A DNA stretch of 64,000 bases from Malacoraja senta (GCA_038087875.1 CM075992.1:1180001-1244000); one strand, 5' to 3'. Positions 37,885 through 50,212 are shown, counted from the stretch's first letter. Notes: generated by a model not told the origin, from the letters alone. Numbers and translations are program-made.

Positions 37885-40257
37885 ATAGATAGATTCTTGA
37901 TCAGTACGGGGGGGTGTGTCAGGGGTTATGGGGAGAAGATAGGAGAATGGGGCTGAGAGGGAGAGATAGATCAGCCGTGATTGAATGGCGGAGTAGACGT
38001 GATGGGCCGAATGGCCTAATACTGCTCCTACACCTGATGAATTTATGAAGATTAAAGTGTAAACATTGCTCTATACCCTGCACGTGGCCCTACCCTGGAC
38101 TATAGCATTCCCACGTACACTTCTGTACATTCTGTGACCATGTACCTGGCTACAGTCTGACAGCACAGTCTAGTTTTGTTTAGAGATACAAGCGCGGAAA
38201 GAGGCCCTTCGGCCCACCGAGTCCAATCACCGCATGTTAACACTCTCCTACACAAACTGAACTAACCGTTCTGTATTTATGTTTACAATACTCTGTTGTG
38301 CTGAAGCAAAGTAAGAATTTCATTGTCCTATCTGGGACACACGACAATTAAACTCTCTTGACTTGACATTTATTACCTACAAACCTGCCCGTCTTTGGAG
38401 TGTAAGTAAGTAAGTTTTTTGGCCAAGTATTCACATACAAGGAATTTGCCTTGGTGCTCCGCCCACAAGTAACAACATGACATACAGTGACTCAGTAAAC
38501 ACGAAACATTAATAATAATAAAACATTAATGATAAAACACCATTGATCAAGCAGGTGGACCAACACAATATCAGATCAAAGATAGGCTACAGATTTTTGG
38601 CTGTTGAGTAGAGCAACTACTCGTGGATAAAAACTCGTGGGAGGGAACCGAAGATCTCGGAGAAACCCCACGCAGGTCACGGGGAGAACGTGCAAACTCG
38701 GTACAGACAGCAGCCGTAGTCGGGATGGAACCCGGGTCTCTGGCAGCTGCATTCGCTGCAAGGCAGCAACTCTACCGCTGCGTCACAGTTGGATTAATCC
38801 CACAACCTGCCAACCTCTGTAACCTCAGCCCACATCCAGGGCTTTGTAGCTCACAGCAGTCCTGTACACCTTGTGTCTGCTGTGCCCATTTCATAGCTGA
38901 GACCTGATCAGGCAACATTACTGATGTAATTAGGCTGCACAGTGCAGGGATCGCTTCTGCCCTCTGTAGTAAACTTCTACAAACTAATTAGCTGAGAAAA
39001 AGGTAGCAGGGTTTGAAGGCCCATTGTGTTGCTCTGCAGAATACGTTGCTTAATTAGTAACCAGCTCTCAGTCACCACTTCATGTTTCACTCTGTGGGTT
39101 ACAGCTTTGGACTGATATTTATGCCATGTTTAATTATGCTTTTCCCATCGCAGCATTGTCACAAACGGCAAGCTTCAAAGAGCAGCAACTTCACCGCATC
39201 CTTATAAATTCAGCCAGAGTACGGGCTCGACCAAGCACGAGGAAATGTGGTGCGGGCTAAATGTCATGTTTTTCTTTAATGGGAAATGTAAGACTTAGGT
39301 CGGCGATCACAGTCAGGCAGGCGTCCCCTGCGAGACGGGTCCCTCCGAGCGACCCGTCTCAACCCTCCTCCCACTCCTGATCTACCAATACCCTTTCCCA
39401 CGGAGGTCCATTGATCCTGACTAGAGGTCACAGCCTCAGAATTAAAGGGCGTTCTTTTAGGAAGAGGAGAAATTTCCTAAAGGAGATGAGGAGATGAGGA
39501 TGGTGGTGAATCTGTGGAATTCATTGCCACAGAGGTTGTGGGGGCCTTCAATGGGCGGAGATCGATGGATTCTTGATGAGTGGGGGTGTCAGGGGTTAGG
39601 GGGAGAAGTCGGGAGAATGGGGGTGAGGGGGGAGAGATAGATCAGCCATTGTTGAATGGCGGAGTAGACTTGATGGGCCGAATGGCCTAATTCTACTCCT
39701 ATCCCCGATGACCTTATGACCAACACCCCCAACAAATGGGAGAAACTATTGATCGATGTGGATATAGCAGGGAAATGATACAATACGATACGATAGAACC
39801 TTAATTATCCCAGGAGGAAATTGATCTGCCGACTGTCGTAAAACACAACAAGATCCGTTAAAGTGACGAGTGGAAAGGATTGGGGATGTGTAAAGAATGG
39901 GGGAAGGGGAGGGGAGTCAGTTTACCCCACGACAGAAGGGGGAGGAGTTGTACAGTTTGATAGCCACAGGGATGAAGGATCTCCTGTGGCGTTCTGTGCT
40001 GCATCTTGGTGGGACCAGTCTGTTGCTGAAGGTTCTCACCCTTCGGCCCCACCCAGTCCAGTTCAGTTTAATTTACTGTCACCCTGTGACCGCGTGGGTT
40101 TTTCTCCGGGTGCCCTGGTTTCCTCCCACATCCCAAAGTTGTGCAGGTTTGTAGGTTAATTGGCCCTGTGCAAATTTCCCCCCCGCTGGGTAGGGAGAGA
40201 TCGAGAACGTGGGATAACACAGAACCAGTGTGAACGGGAGATGGATGGTCGATGTGG

Positions 40258-40590
40258 ACCCTCTCCCATCGGGCAAGTGGTACAAAAGTGTGAAAATACA
40301 CACGTCCAGATTTAGAGACAGTTTCTTCCCAGCTGTTATCAGGCAACTGAACCATCCTACCACAACCAGAGAGCGGTCCTGAACTACTATCTACCCCATT
40401 GGTGACCCACGGACTATCTTCGATTGGACTTTGCTGGCTTTACCTTGCACTAAACGTTATTCCCTTATCATGTATCTGTACACTGTGAACGGCTCGATTG
40501 TAATCATGTATTGTATTTCCGCTGACTGGTTAGCACGCAACAAAAGCTTTTCACTGTCCCTCGGTACACGTGACAATAAACTAAACTGAA
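40258..40590 (+). mobile_element. Rex1/Babar-like LINE 3' end; related pieces at 33845-34045 (-), 39780-40040 (-) and 52850-53200 (+)
   Basis: KTHTSRFRDSFFPAVIRQLN-type C-terminus and (AAACT)n tail. Confidence 0.65.
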
Positions 40591-40624
40591 TCATGGCAAG
40601 AACAGGGATACAGATTGGGGATAA

Positions 40625-41265
40625 TATAGAAACATAGGCAATAGGTGCAGGCGCCATTCGGCCCTTCGAGCCAGCACCGCCATTCAATATAATCATGGCT
40701 GATCATCCAAAATCAGTAACCCGTTCCTGCTTTCTCAATAGACAATAGACAATAGACAATAGGTGCAGGAGTAGAGGCCATTTGGCCCTTCGAGCCAGCA
40801 CCGCCATTCAATAGACAATAGACAATAGGTGCAGGAGCAGGCCATTTGGCCCTTCGAGCCAGCACCGCCATTCAATAGACAATAGACAATAGGTGCAGGA
40901 GTAGAGGCCATTTGGCCCTTCGAGCCAGCACCGCCATTCAATGTGATCATGGCTGATCATCCCCAATCAGTACCCCGTTCCTGCTTTCTCAATAGACAAT
41001 AGACAATAGACAATAGGTGCAGGAGTAGGCCATTCAGCCCTTCGAGCCAGCACCGCCATTCCATGTGATCATGGCTGATCATCCCCAATCAGTACCCCGT
41101 TCCTGCCTTCTCCCCATATCCCCTGACTCCGCTATTTTTAAGAGCCCTATCTAGCTCTCTCTTGAAAGCATCCAGAGAACCTGCCTCCACCGCCTCCTGT
41201 GGCAGAGAATTCCCCAGATTCACAACTCCCTGGGTGAAAAAGTTTTTCCTCATCTCAGTCCTGAA
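40625..41265 (-). repeat. Tandemly reiterated CR1 3' tails (62-64-bp and ~120-bp units) attached to a CR1 fragment
   Basis: caataggtgcaggag..cccttcgagccagcaccgccatt repeated five times. Confidence 0.88.
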
Positions 41266-43712
41266 AGGGGCGGATAACGCATGGATGATAAAAATACATC
41301 AAACTCAGGAGAGCCACGGCACATTAATGTTCCCAATGTTCTCAATCTCTCTTCAGACAACAGAGTTAATGTAATGGAGAGAGAACGAAATGGGTTCAGA
41401 TATCAACTTTCCACTCTGTGTATCATTGCAGGCGCAATGGCATTTGTTAAAGGAAGTGAAGATATCGTTAGGAATAAAAAAATCGATTCCAGTGTTTTCA
41501 TCGCATGCCGTTCCCTTGAGGCGTTGCTGTGAAAGCAAACTGCAGCATGAAATGAATCGAAATTCCATTTCCAGACATTCAGGGGCAAGTCATGCCTCAG
41601 AAAGCTGAGCCAAACAACAGGGCTCCCATGGGGACCCTTGGCTGGGCCACTGCTCCTCTGCTGTAGTTACCTCAACCATCCCAAACACTGCCGCACGCTC
41701 TCTCTCTCTCTCTCTCTCTCAGCCAAAGCACCAAGGGGCCCAGTGTCTAACATGAGCTCTCCTGGTACTCAATCTGTCCGACTCGCCATCAATCCTCCGA
41801 GGACTCATTCTCGGCACTTGTTTTACGAGCTGATCCCCTGTAAACCCGGGGTTTAACATGTCCGCGCGTGCCGGTGCGGGTCACGGTATATCCACGTGTA
41901 CGTGTGTGTGTGTGTGTGTGTGTGTGCGTGCATTTATGCAAGCATGTTGCAACACGCGTGTTCACGGGTTTATGCAGAGGCGTTTCAGCTCACATGAGCA
42001 CGCGTGGGTGCGTGTGCATGCACGCACACTTGTGTGTTTTGTAACATGCGTCGAACTACTGTTGGGATTAACCATGAGGGGACCTGTTGGCTTAGAGTCA
42101 TACAGTGTGGAAACTGGCCCTTCGGCCCAACTTGCCCACACCGGCCAGCTACACTAGTCCCACCTGCCTGCGTTTGGTCCATATCCCTCCAAACCTGTCC
42201 TACTAATAGGCAATAGACAATAGGTGCAGGAGTAGGCCATTCGGCCCTTCGAGCCAGCACCGCCATTCAATCTGATCATGGCTGATCATCCACAATCAGT
42301 ACCCATGTACCTGTCTAACTGTTTCTTAAACGTTGGGATAGCCCCAGCCTCAACTACCTCCTCTGGCAGCTTGTTCCATACACCCACCACCCTTTGTGTG
42401 AAAACGTTACCCCTCAGATTCCTATTAAATATTTTCCCCTTCACCTTGAACCTCTGTCGGTTTGTACTCGCTAGAATTTAGAAGATTGAGGGGGGATCTT
42501 ATAGAAACGTACAAAATTCTTAAGGGGTTGGACAGGCTAGATGCAGGAAGATTGTTCCCGATGTTGGGGAAGTCCAGAACAAGGGGTCACAGTTTAAGGA
42601 TAAAGGGGAAATCTTTTAGGACTGAGATGAGAAAAAACATTTTTCACACAGAGAGTGGTGAATCTGTGGAATTCTCTGCCACAGAAGTTACCCCTCAGAT
42701 TCCTATTAAATCGTTTCCCCTTCACCTTGAATCTGTGTCCTCTGGTCCTCGATTCCCCTACTCTGGTCGAGAGACTCTGTGCGTCTACCCGATCTATTCC
42801 TCTCATGGCTTATTGAAATCTTGACTTCTATCTTCATGCTCACTAGAATTAGTTCCATGTGGCATAGCGTGCTATTCTGAATGTGCTCATCTGAAATGGA
42901 TGGAGCCATTACAAGCTCAAAGGTGATAGGAGTAGAATTAGGACATTCGGCCCATCAAGTCTACTCCGTCAGCCAATCATGGCTGATCCATCTCTCCCTC
43001 CTAACCCCATTCTCCTGCCTTCTCCCCATAACCCCTGACACCCGCACTAATCAAAAATCTATCTATCTCTGTCTTAAAAATATCCATTGACTTGTGGCCT
43101 CCACAGCCTTCTGCGGCAATGAATTCCACATTTACCGTTAACTACCGCAGTCTACGGTTGACCCAACAAAAATGGCTACAAAAACATCTTGCCGTTGCTC
43201 CCCAACGCTCGGTAAGTCAGAAAAGCTAATGAGTGGAATTCAAACCATGGAAATAGGTTCGTCAAAGTGCTGGGGGAACCCAGCGGGTCAGGCAGCATCT
43301 GTGGAAGGATCATAAGGTCATTTAGGAATAGGAGTAGAAGTAGGCCATTCGGCCCATCGAGTCTACTCTGGTCAAGAGACTCTGTGCATCTACCCGATCT
43401 ATTCCTCTCATGGCTTATTGAAAACTTGACTTCTATCTTCAGGCTCACTTTGAATTAGTTCCATGTGGTATATCGCGATGTTCTTAATGTGCTCATCTGG
43501 AATGGATGGAGCCATTATTACAAGGTCATAAGTGACAGGAGCAGGATTAGGCCATTCGGCCCATCAAGCCACAGAGGGCAGTGGAGGCCAAGTCACTGGA
43601 TGGATTTAAGAGAGAGTTAGATAGAGCTCTAGGGGCTAGTGGAATCAAGGGATATGGGGAGAAGGCAGGCACGGGTTATTGATAGGGGACGATCAGCCTC
43701 TGACCGAATACA

Positions 43713-44256
43713 TACATACATAGATACATAGAAAATAGGTGCAGGAGTAGGCCATTCGGCCCTTCGAGCCTGCACCGCCATTCAATGTGATCATGGCTGA
43801 TCATCCAACTCAGTATCCCGTACCTGCCTTCTCTCCATACCCCCTGATCCCTTTAGCCACAAGGGCCACATCTAACTCCCTCTTAAATATAGCCAATGAA
43901 CTGGCCTCAACTACCCTCTGTGGCAGAGAGTTCCAGAGATTCACCACTCTCTGTGTGAAAAAGTTTTTCCTCATCTCGGTCTTAAAGGATTTCCCCCTTA
44001 TCCTTAAGCTGTGACCCCTTGTCCTGGACTTCCCCAACATCGGGAACAATCTTCCTGCATCTAGCCTGTCCAACCCCTTAAGAATTTTGTACGTTTCTAT
44101 AAGATCCCCTCTCAATCTCCTAAATTCTAGCGAGTACAAGCCAAGTCTATCCAGTCTTTCTTCATATGAAAGTCCTGACATCCCAGGAATCAGTCTGGTG
44201 AACCTTCTCTGCACTCCCTCTATGGCTATAATGTCCTTCCTCAGATTTGGAGACCA
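43713..44256 (-). mobile_element. CR1 3' fragment, young subfamily (left arm of inverted pair)
   Basis: ORF 43810-44214. Confidence 0.9.
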
Positions 44257-44380
44257 ATGGCCTCCTCCTGCACCTATTTTCTATGTTTCTATGTTTCTAA
44301 GTCTACTCCACCATTCAATCATGGCTGATCTATCTCTCCCTCCTAACCCCATTCTCCTGCCTTCCACCCATAACCCCTGA

Positions 44381-44824
44381 CCAAATCTGAGGAAGGACAT
44401 TATTGCCATAGAGGGAGTGCAGAGAAGGTTCACCAGACTGATTCCTGGGATGTCAGGACTGTCTTATGAAGAAAGACTGGATAGACTTGGTTTATACTCG
44501 CTAGAATTTAGGAGATTGAGAGGGGATCTTATAGAAACGTACAAAATTCTTATGGGGTTGGACAGGCTAGATGCAGGAAGATTGTTCCCGATGTTGGGGA
44601 AGTCCAGGACAAGGGGTCACAGCTTAAGGATAAGGGGGAAATCCTTTAAGACCGAGATGAGGAAAAACTTTTTCACACAGAGAGTGGTGAATCTCTGGAA
44701 CTCTCTGCCACAGAGGGTAGTCGAGGCCAGTTCATTGGCTATATTTAAGAGGGAGTTAGATGTGGCCCTTGTGGCTAAAGGGATCAGAGGGTATGGAGAG
44801 AAGGCAGGTACGGGATACTGAGTT
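44381..44824 (+). mobile_element. CR1 3' fragment, young subfamily (right arm of inverted pair, runs into gap)
   Basis: ORF 44417-44821 differs from 43810-44214 by one residue. Confidence 0.9.
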
Positions 44825-45024
44825 NNNNNNNNNNNNNNNNNNNNNNNNNNNNNNNNNNNNNNNNNNNNNNNNNNNNNNNNNNNNNNNNNNNNNNNNNNNN
44901 NNNNNNNNNNNNNNNNNNNNNNNNNNNNNNNNNNNNNNNNNNNNNNNNNNNNNNNNNNNNNNNNNNNNNNNNNNNNNNNNNNNNNNNNNNNNNNNNNNNN
45001 NNNNNNNNNNNNNNNNNNNNNNNN
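44825..45024. other. Assembly gap (200 N)
   Basis: Run of exactly 200 N; left edge is inside a young CR1 copy. Confidence 0.99.
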
Positions 45025-45127
45025 GTCCCCACCGGACTCTGCCCCTCAATGTCCCTGGGCCGTGGTCCTCCCCCCACAGAGCCTTGGCGTTGGCTGCAAA
45101 GTACACGAACGGGCAGGAGGGTCCTAC

Positions 45128-45341
45128 CTTTGTGACATGATCTTGAAGGTTTCGGGAAGGAAACACTCGACGTTCTCCATCTGGAAGAGGTCCGCGTCAC
45201 AGATCTTGTTGTCAGTCCGTCCGTAGTTGGCGCTCTCGATCATGATGACGTCGCTGCCTGGACAGCGCAGCTCGATGGGGTAGCCTTCGCACGCTAGCTC
45301 CCTCCGCATCAGACCGAAGGGCAGGGCCGCCCGGCTCAGAC
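45128..45341 (-). CDS. ADGRL1: Latrophilin (ADGRL1-like) internal exon, N-terminal half of lectin domain: [71 protein letters not shown](R)
   Basis: Minus-strand tgcag|GT acceptor and AAG|gtagga donor; 214 nt; [20 protein letters not shown] resembles ADGRL1 more than ADGRL2/3 (from memory). Confidence 0.9.
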
Positions 45342-45656
45342 CTGCACGCAAATACACAGCACACAAATTCAGTTGTTACCTTCTCCCAGCTAACAATGAT
45401 CTATTCCACACTTCCCTCGGATCACCACCCCCTTTGTTCCGGTTTCACACCTCGCACTTCCTTATCTATGTATCTCCGCGCTCCACAGATGCACAGGTTT
45501 GTAGGTTAATTGCCTTCGGTGAAATTATAAATTGTCCCTAGTGTGTGGGATAGTTTTAGTGCTGGGCGGACTCGGTGGGCCGAAGGGCCTGTTTCCGCGC
45601 TGTATCTCTAAACAAAACTGAAAAGTTGGCCGAAGATTGGTACAAGATAGTCGGCA

Positions 45657-46040
45657 GGCGGTCACAGTGGCGCAGCGGTAGAGTTGCTGCCTCACAGCAA
45701 AATGCAGCGCCAGAGACCCGGGTTCGATCCCGACTACGGGCGCTTGTCCGTACGGAGTTTGTACCTTCCCCCCGTGACCTGCGTGGGTTTTTCTCCGGGT
45801 GCCCCGGTTTCCTCCCACACTGCAAAGACGTACAGGTTTGTGGGTTAATTGGCTTTGGTATAATTGGTTTGATAAATGTGAAATTTGTTCAGTATGAAAT
45901 AGTCCAACTTCCAGCATAGTCCCTGGTGGACTTCGCAAGGTGCAAGGTAGTGTGTGTAGGGGGGGAGTGTTTGTGTGTGTGGATCGCTGGTCAGCGCAGA
46001 CATGATGGGCCGAACAGCCAGTTTCTGTGCTACACGTCTA
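45657..46040 (+). mobile_element. HE1-like V-SINE with internal insertions
   Basis: A/B boxes and V-domain. Confidence 0.8.
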
Positions 46041-46860
46041 AGATGAGTCTCGACCCGAAACGTCACCCGTTCCTTCTCTCCGGAGATGCTGCCTGTCCCG
46101 CTGAGTTACTCCAGCGTTTTGTATCTATCTTCAGACACACATTGAGTTCAGTTCAGTTTAGTTCCTTGTGACAGTGAAAAGCATTTTTTTTCTCGCGTCA
46201 GCGGAAAGACAATACATGATTGTAATCGACCCTCGGGGGGGGGGGGGGCACCTTGGAACACCAGCCCTCCCCTTCCTACGCCCCCCAGGAAAGGAAGTGT
46301 TGGAGCAGGAAGGAACTGCAGATGTTGGTCTACACCGATGATAGACACAAAATGCTGGAGTAACTCAGCGGGACAGGCAGCATCTCCGGAGAGAAGGAAT
46401 GGGTGACGTTTCAGGCCGAGTCCCTTCTTCAAGCTGTCTTAGAACATATAACATCGGAACAGTCTTTCGTCTCAGCGTCTAAGGAAAGTTATTCTTCCTC
46501 TGGACGGAACACTATAAGACCACAGGCAATGGGATCAGAATTAGGCCATTCGGCCCATGGAGTCTGCCCCGCCATTTAATCATGGCTGCCCTACCTTTCC
46601 CTCTCAACCCTATTCTCTAGACTTCTCCCCGTAAACTTTGACACTGTACCTTGGTTTATTAGTGTCATGTGTACTGAGGTGCAGCAAAAAGCTTTTGTTT
46701 GTTGCGTGCTATCCAGTCGGCGACAAGACAAGACGTGATTACAATGAAGCCGTCCACAGTGCACAGATACAAGATGGGGGGAATAATGTTCGATGCAAGA
46801 TAAAGTCCATTAAAATCCCATTAAAGATAGTGCGAGGGTTACTAATCAAGAACCTATCTA

Positions 46861-49185
46861 AGGTACACAAAAATGCTGGAGAAACTCAGCGGGTGCAGCA
46901 GCATCTATGGAGCGAAGGAAATAGGTAACGTTTCGGGCCGAAACCCTTCTTCAGACTGATAGGGGGTGGGGAGAAGAAAGGAAAAAAGGAAAAGGCGGAG
47001 GAGGAGCCCGAGGGCTGGGGGAGGGAGGAGACAACCAGATGGCTGATGAAGGGGAGGGGACAGCCAGGGCTAGCAGAATTGGGAGAATTCAACGTTCAGG
47101 CCACCAGGATGTAGACTGCCCAAGCGGAATATGAGGTGCATTTCCTCCAATTTACGATGTTGCTCGCTGTGGCCATGGAGGAGACCCAGGACAGAGAGGT
47201 CAGATACGGAATGGGAGGGGGAGTTGAAGTGCTGAGCCACCGGGAGTTCAGGTTGGTTATTGCGGACCGACCGGAGGTGTTCGGCGAAACGATCGCCAAG
47301 CCTCCGCTTGGTCTCACCGATGTAGATCAGCTGGCATCTAGAGCAGCGAATGCAATAGATGAGGTTGGAGGAGATGCAGGTGAACCTCTGTCGCACCTGG
47401 AACGACTGCTTGGGTCCTGGAATGGAGTGGAGGGGGGAAGTGAAGGGACAAGTGTTGCATCTCTTGCGGTTGCAAGGGAAAGTACCAGGGGAGGTGGTGG
47501 TATGGGAGGGAAGGGAAGAATTGACAAGGGAGTTACGGAGGGAGCGGTCTTTGCGGAAGGCAGACATAGGGGGAGATGGGAAGATGTGGCGAGTGGTGGG
47601 GTCACGTTGGAGGTGGCGGAACTGACGGAGGATCACTTGTTGTATGTGACGGCTGGTGGGGTGAAAGGTGAGGACTAGGGGGACTCTGCCTTTGTTGTGA
47701 GTGGGGGGATGGGGAGAGAGAGCAGTGTTGCGGGGTATGGCAGAGACCCTGGTGCGAGCCTCATCTATGGTGGAGGAGGGGAACCCCTGTTCCCTGAAGA
47801 ATGAGGACATTTCAGATGCCCTGGTGTGGAACGCCTCATCCTGGGAGCAGATGCGGCGTAGACGGAGGAATTGGGAGTGGGGGATGGAGTCCTTACAGGA
47901 AGCAGGGTGGGAAGAAGTGTAGTCCAGATAGCCATGGGAGTCGGTAGGTTTGTAGTGGATGTCGGTAAGGAGTCTATCACCTGCGATGGAGATAGTGAGG
48001 TCAAGGAATGGTAGGGAAGTGTCGGAAATGGTCCAGGTGTATTTGAGTGCCGGATGGAAGTTGGTGGTGAAGCGGATGAAGTCAGTCAGTTGTGTGTGGG
48101 TGCAGGATGTGGCACCAAAACAGTCATCGATGTAGCGGAGGTAGAGGTCGGGGATGGGGCCCTGGTACGCATTGAACAGGGATTGTTCTACGTACCCGAC
48201 AAAGAGGCAGGCGTAGCTGGGGCCCATGCGTGTGCCCATAGCTACGCCTTGTATTTGGAGGAAATGGGAGGAGTCAAATGAAAAGTTATTGAGTGTAAGT
48301 ACCAGCTCCGCTATGCGGAGGAGGGTGTCAGTGGCCGGGTATAGATTGCTTCTACGGTCGAGGAAAAAACGGAGGGCTTTGAGACCATCCTGGTGGGGGA
48401 TGGAGGTGTACAGTGACTGGACGTCCATGGTGAAGATGAGGGGGTGAGGGCCTAGAGAGTGGAATGCGCGGAGATGACGGAGAGTGTCTGAGGTGTCTTG
48501 AACATAGGTGGGGAGGGATTTAACCAAGGGGGATAGTATGGAGTCGAGGTAGGTGGAGATGAGTTCGGTGGGGCACGAACAGGCAGAGACAATGGGTCTA
48601 CCGGGACAGTCAGGTTGTGGATTTTGGGGAGAAGGTAAAAGCGGGCTGTGCGGGGCTGGGGAACGATGAGGTTGGAGGCTCGTTCGGGCAGGGCGTGGGA
48701 GTGGATGAAGTTGGTGATGGTGCTGGAGATGGTGGCCTGGTGCTCGTCAGTGGGGTCATGGTCCAGGGGTAAGTAGGAAGAGGTGTCCGAGAGTTGGCGC
48801 GTGGCCTCAGCTTTGTAGAGGTCGACGCGCCAGACTACCACGGCACCTCCCTTGTCGGCGGTTTGATAACCCAATCTAGGTTGTTGCGGAGTGAGTCGAT
48901 GGCAGTGCGTTCAAGGGGGGAGAGATTGGAGTGAGACAGGGGAGTGGAGAAGTTAAGGCGGCTGATGTCACGGCGGCAGTTTTTAATAAAGAGTTCTAAA
49001 GCTGGAAGGCTGCGAGGGGGGTTCCATGAGGATGGGGTGCGTTGGAGACGGGAAAAGGGGTCATCAGTGGGGAGCGAGGACTGCTTCCCATGGAAGTGAG
49101 CTGTGAGGCGGAGGCGACGGTAGAAGCGTTCCAAGTCATGGAGGGCACGGAACTCATTGAGATGGGGACGGAGGGGGACAAAGGT
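46861..49185 (-). mobile_element. Penelope-like retroelement (Neptune-type), 5'-truncated, with frameshifts near 48860 and 48610; RT plus GIY-YIG endonuclease
   Basis: ORFs 48835-49134, 48452-48874 and 47070-48527 contain ADKGGAVVVW, MDVQSLYTSI, GVAMGTRMGPSYA, YLRYIDD, Cys linker CNRKRCNTC and LIYCIRC..YIGET; flanked by acctatcta direct repeat (46852-46860, 49189-49197). Confidence 0.92.
46927..46954 (-). ncRNA. Minimal type I hammerhead ribozyme-like motif in the PLE 3' terminus
   Basis: Sense strand reads CUGAAGA-A-GGGU(UUCG)GCCC-GAAA-C-GUU; core boxes intact, stem III reduced to palindromic ACGU. Confidence 0.65.
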
Positions 49186-50007
49186 AAGACCTATCTATCT
49201 ATCTATCTATCTCCGCTTTTAAAACCTATCTATCTCCGCTTTTAAAATAAGCAATGACTTGGCCTCCACCTCCATTCCACAGATTCGCCACCCTCGGGCT
49301 AAAGAAATTCCTCCTCCTCTCCATTCTGATTTTATTCTGAGGCTGTGACCTCTGGTTCTAGGCTCTCCAACTAGTGGGAACATCCTCTCCACGTCCACTC
49401 AATCCAAGCCTTTCACCACCCCCCCATCCTTCTAAACTTCAGCCGAGGCCTAGTGCCGCCAAACTCTCCTGACACGTTAACTCCCTGGGATCATTCTCCT
49501 AATTCTCCCCTGGACCCTCTCCAAAGCCGGCACATCCTTGCTCGGATATGGGGGGGCTCAAAAACTGCTCAGAATATTCCAAAAAAGTGGCCCCACTAAC
49601 GCCGGAATACCAAAGGAATTGGATGACGAGGAAAGCACAGCATGGACAGGAGGAATAAGGGACTTTGGCATTTCATCCAAAACCACGGACACCAGACTCC
49701 AAAGAACAACGGATTCATAACTCAGAGCACAGCCTTGAAGGAAGAATAAAAATAAAATTAAAACTAACCTATGGAAGCAATATTTCAACGAGAGAGCGGT
49801 GAGTCTGTGGAAGTTGTTCCCCAGCCAGCTGTTAGCAATGATTCATTCAAATATTTATTAGATTAAATTCTCCCGGAAAATAATATTTTAGTTTCTGTTA
49901 TGTGTGAGACAGTGTGGAGATTGGTTGGGGAGAACTAGGGGACATTGGAGTTAAGCAGATATTCCAACAAACACATTGGTGATCAAAGACAGACACAAAA
50001 TGCTGGA

Positions 50008-50212
50008 GTCCCACTTTCACGACCTTTAAAATACTCGTGGACATTTTGCTAGAAAAAACGCCTTCGACCTACTTGATGCCACGAGTACCTACGACTAGCA
50101 TCACGGCCCGCTACGACCTACCTACCACCTCGTGACGACCATGCTGCCAGTATGGGTCAAGGGCAAACTCGGCAGAGGTCGTGAAATAGGTCGTGAAAGT
50201 GGGACTGGCCCT
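50008..50212. mobile_element. PIF/Harbinger-type MITE (left TIR eroded) in ggagTAActcagc
   Basis: Reverse complement of the 51849-52093 family; right flank TAA. Confidence 0.75.

Noticed and set aside
44756..45200. ORFs spanning N runs (also 21440-22084)
   Set aside because: Artefacts of translating through gaps
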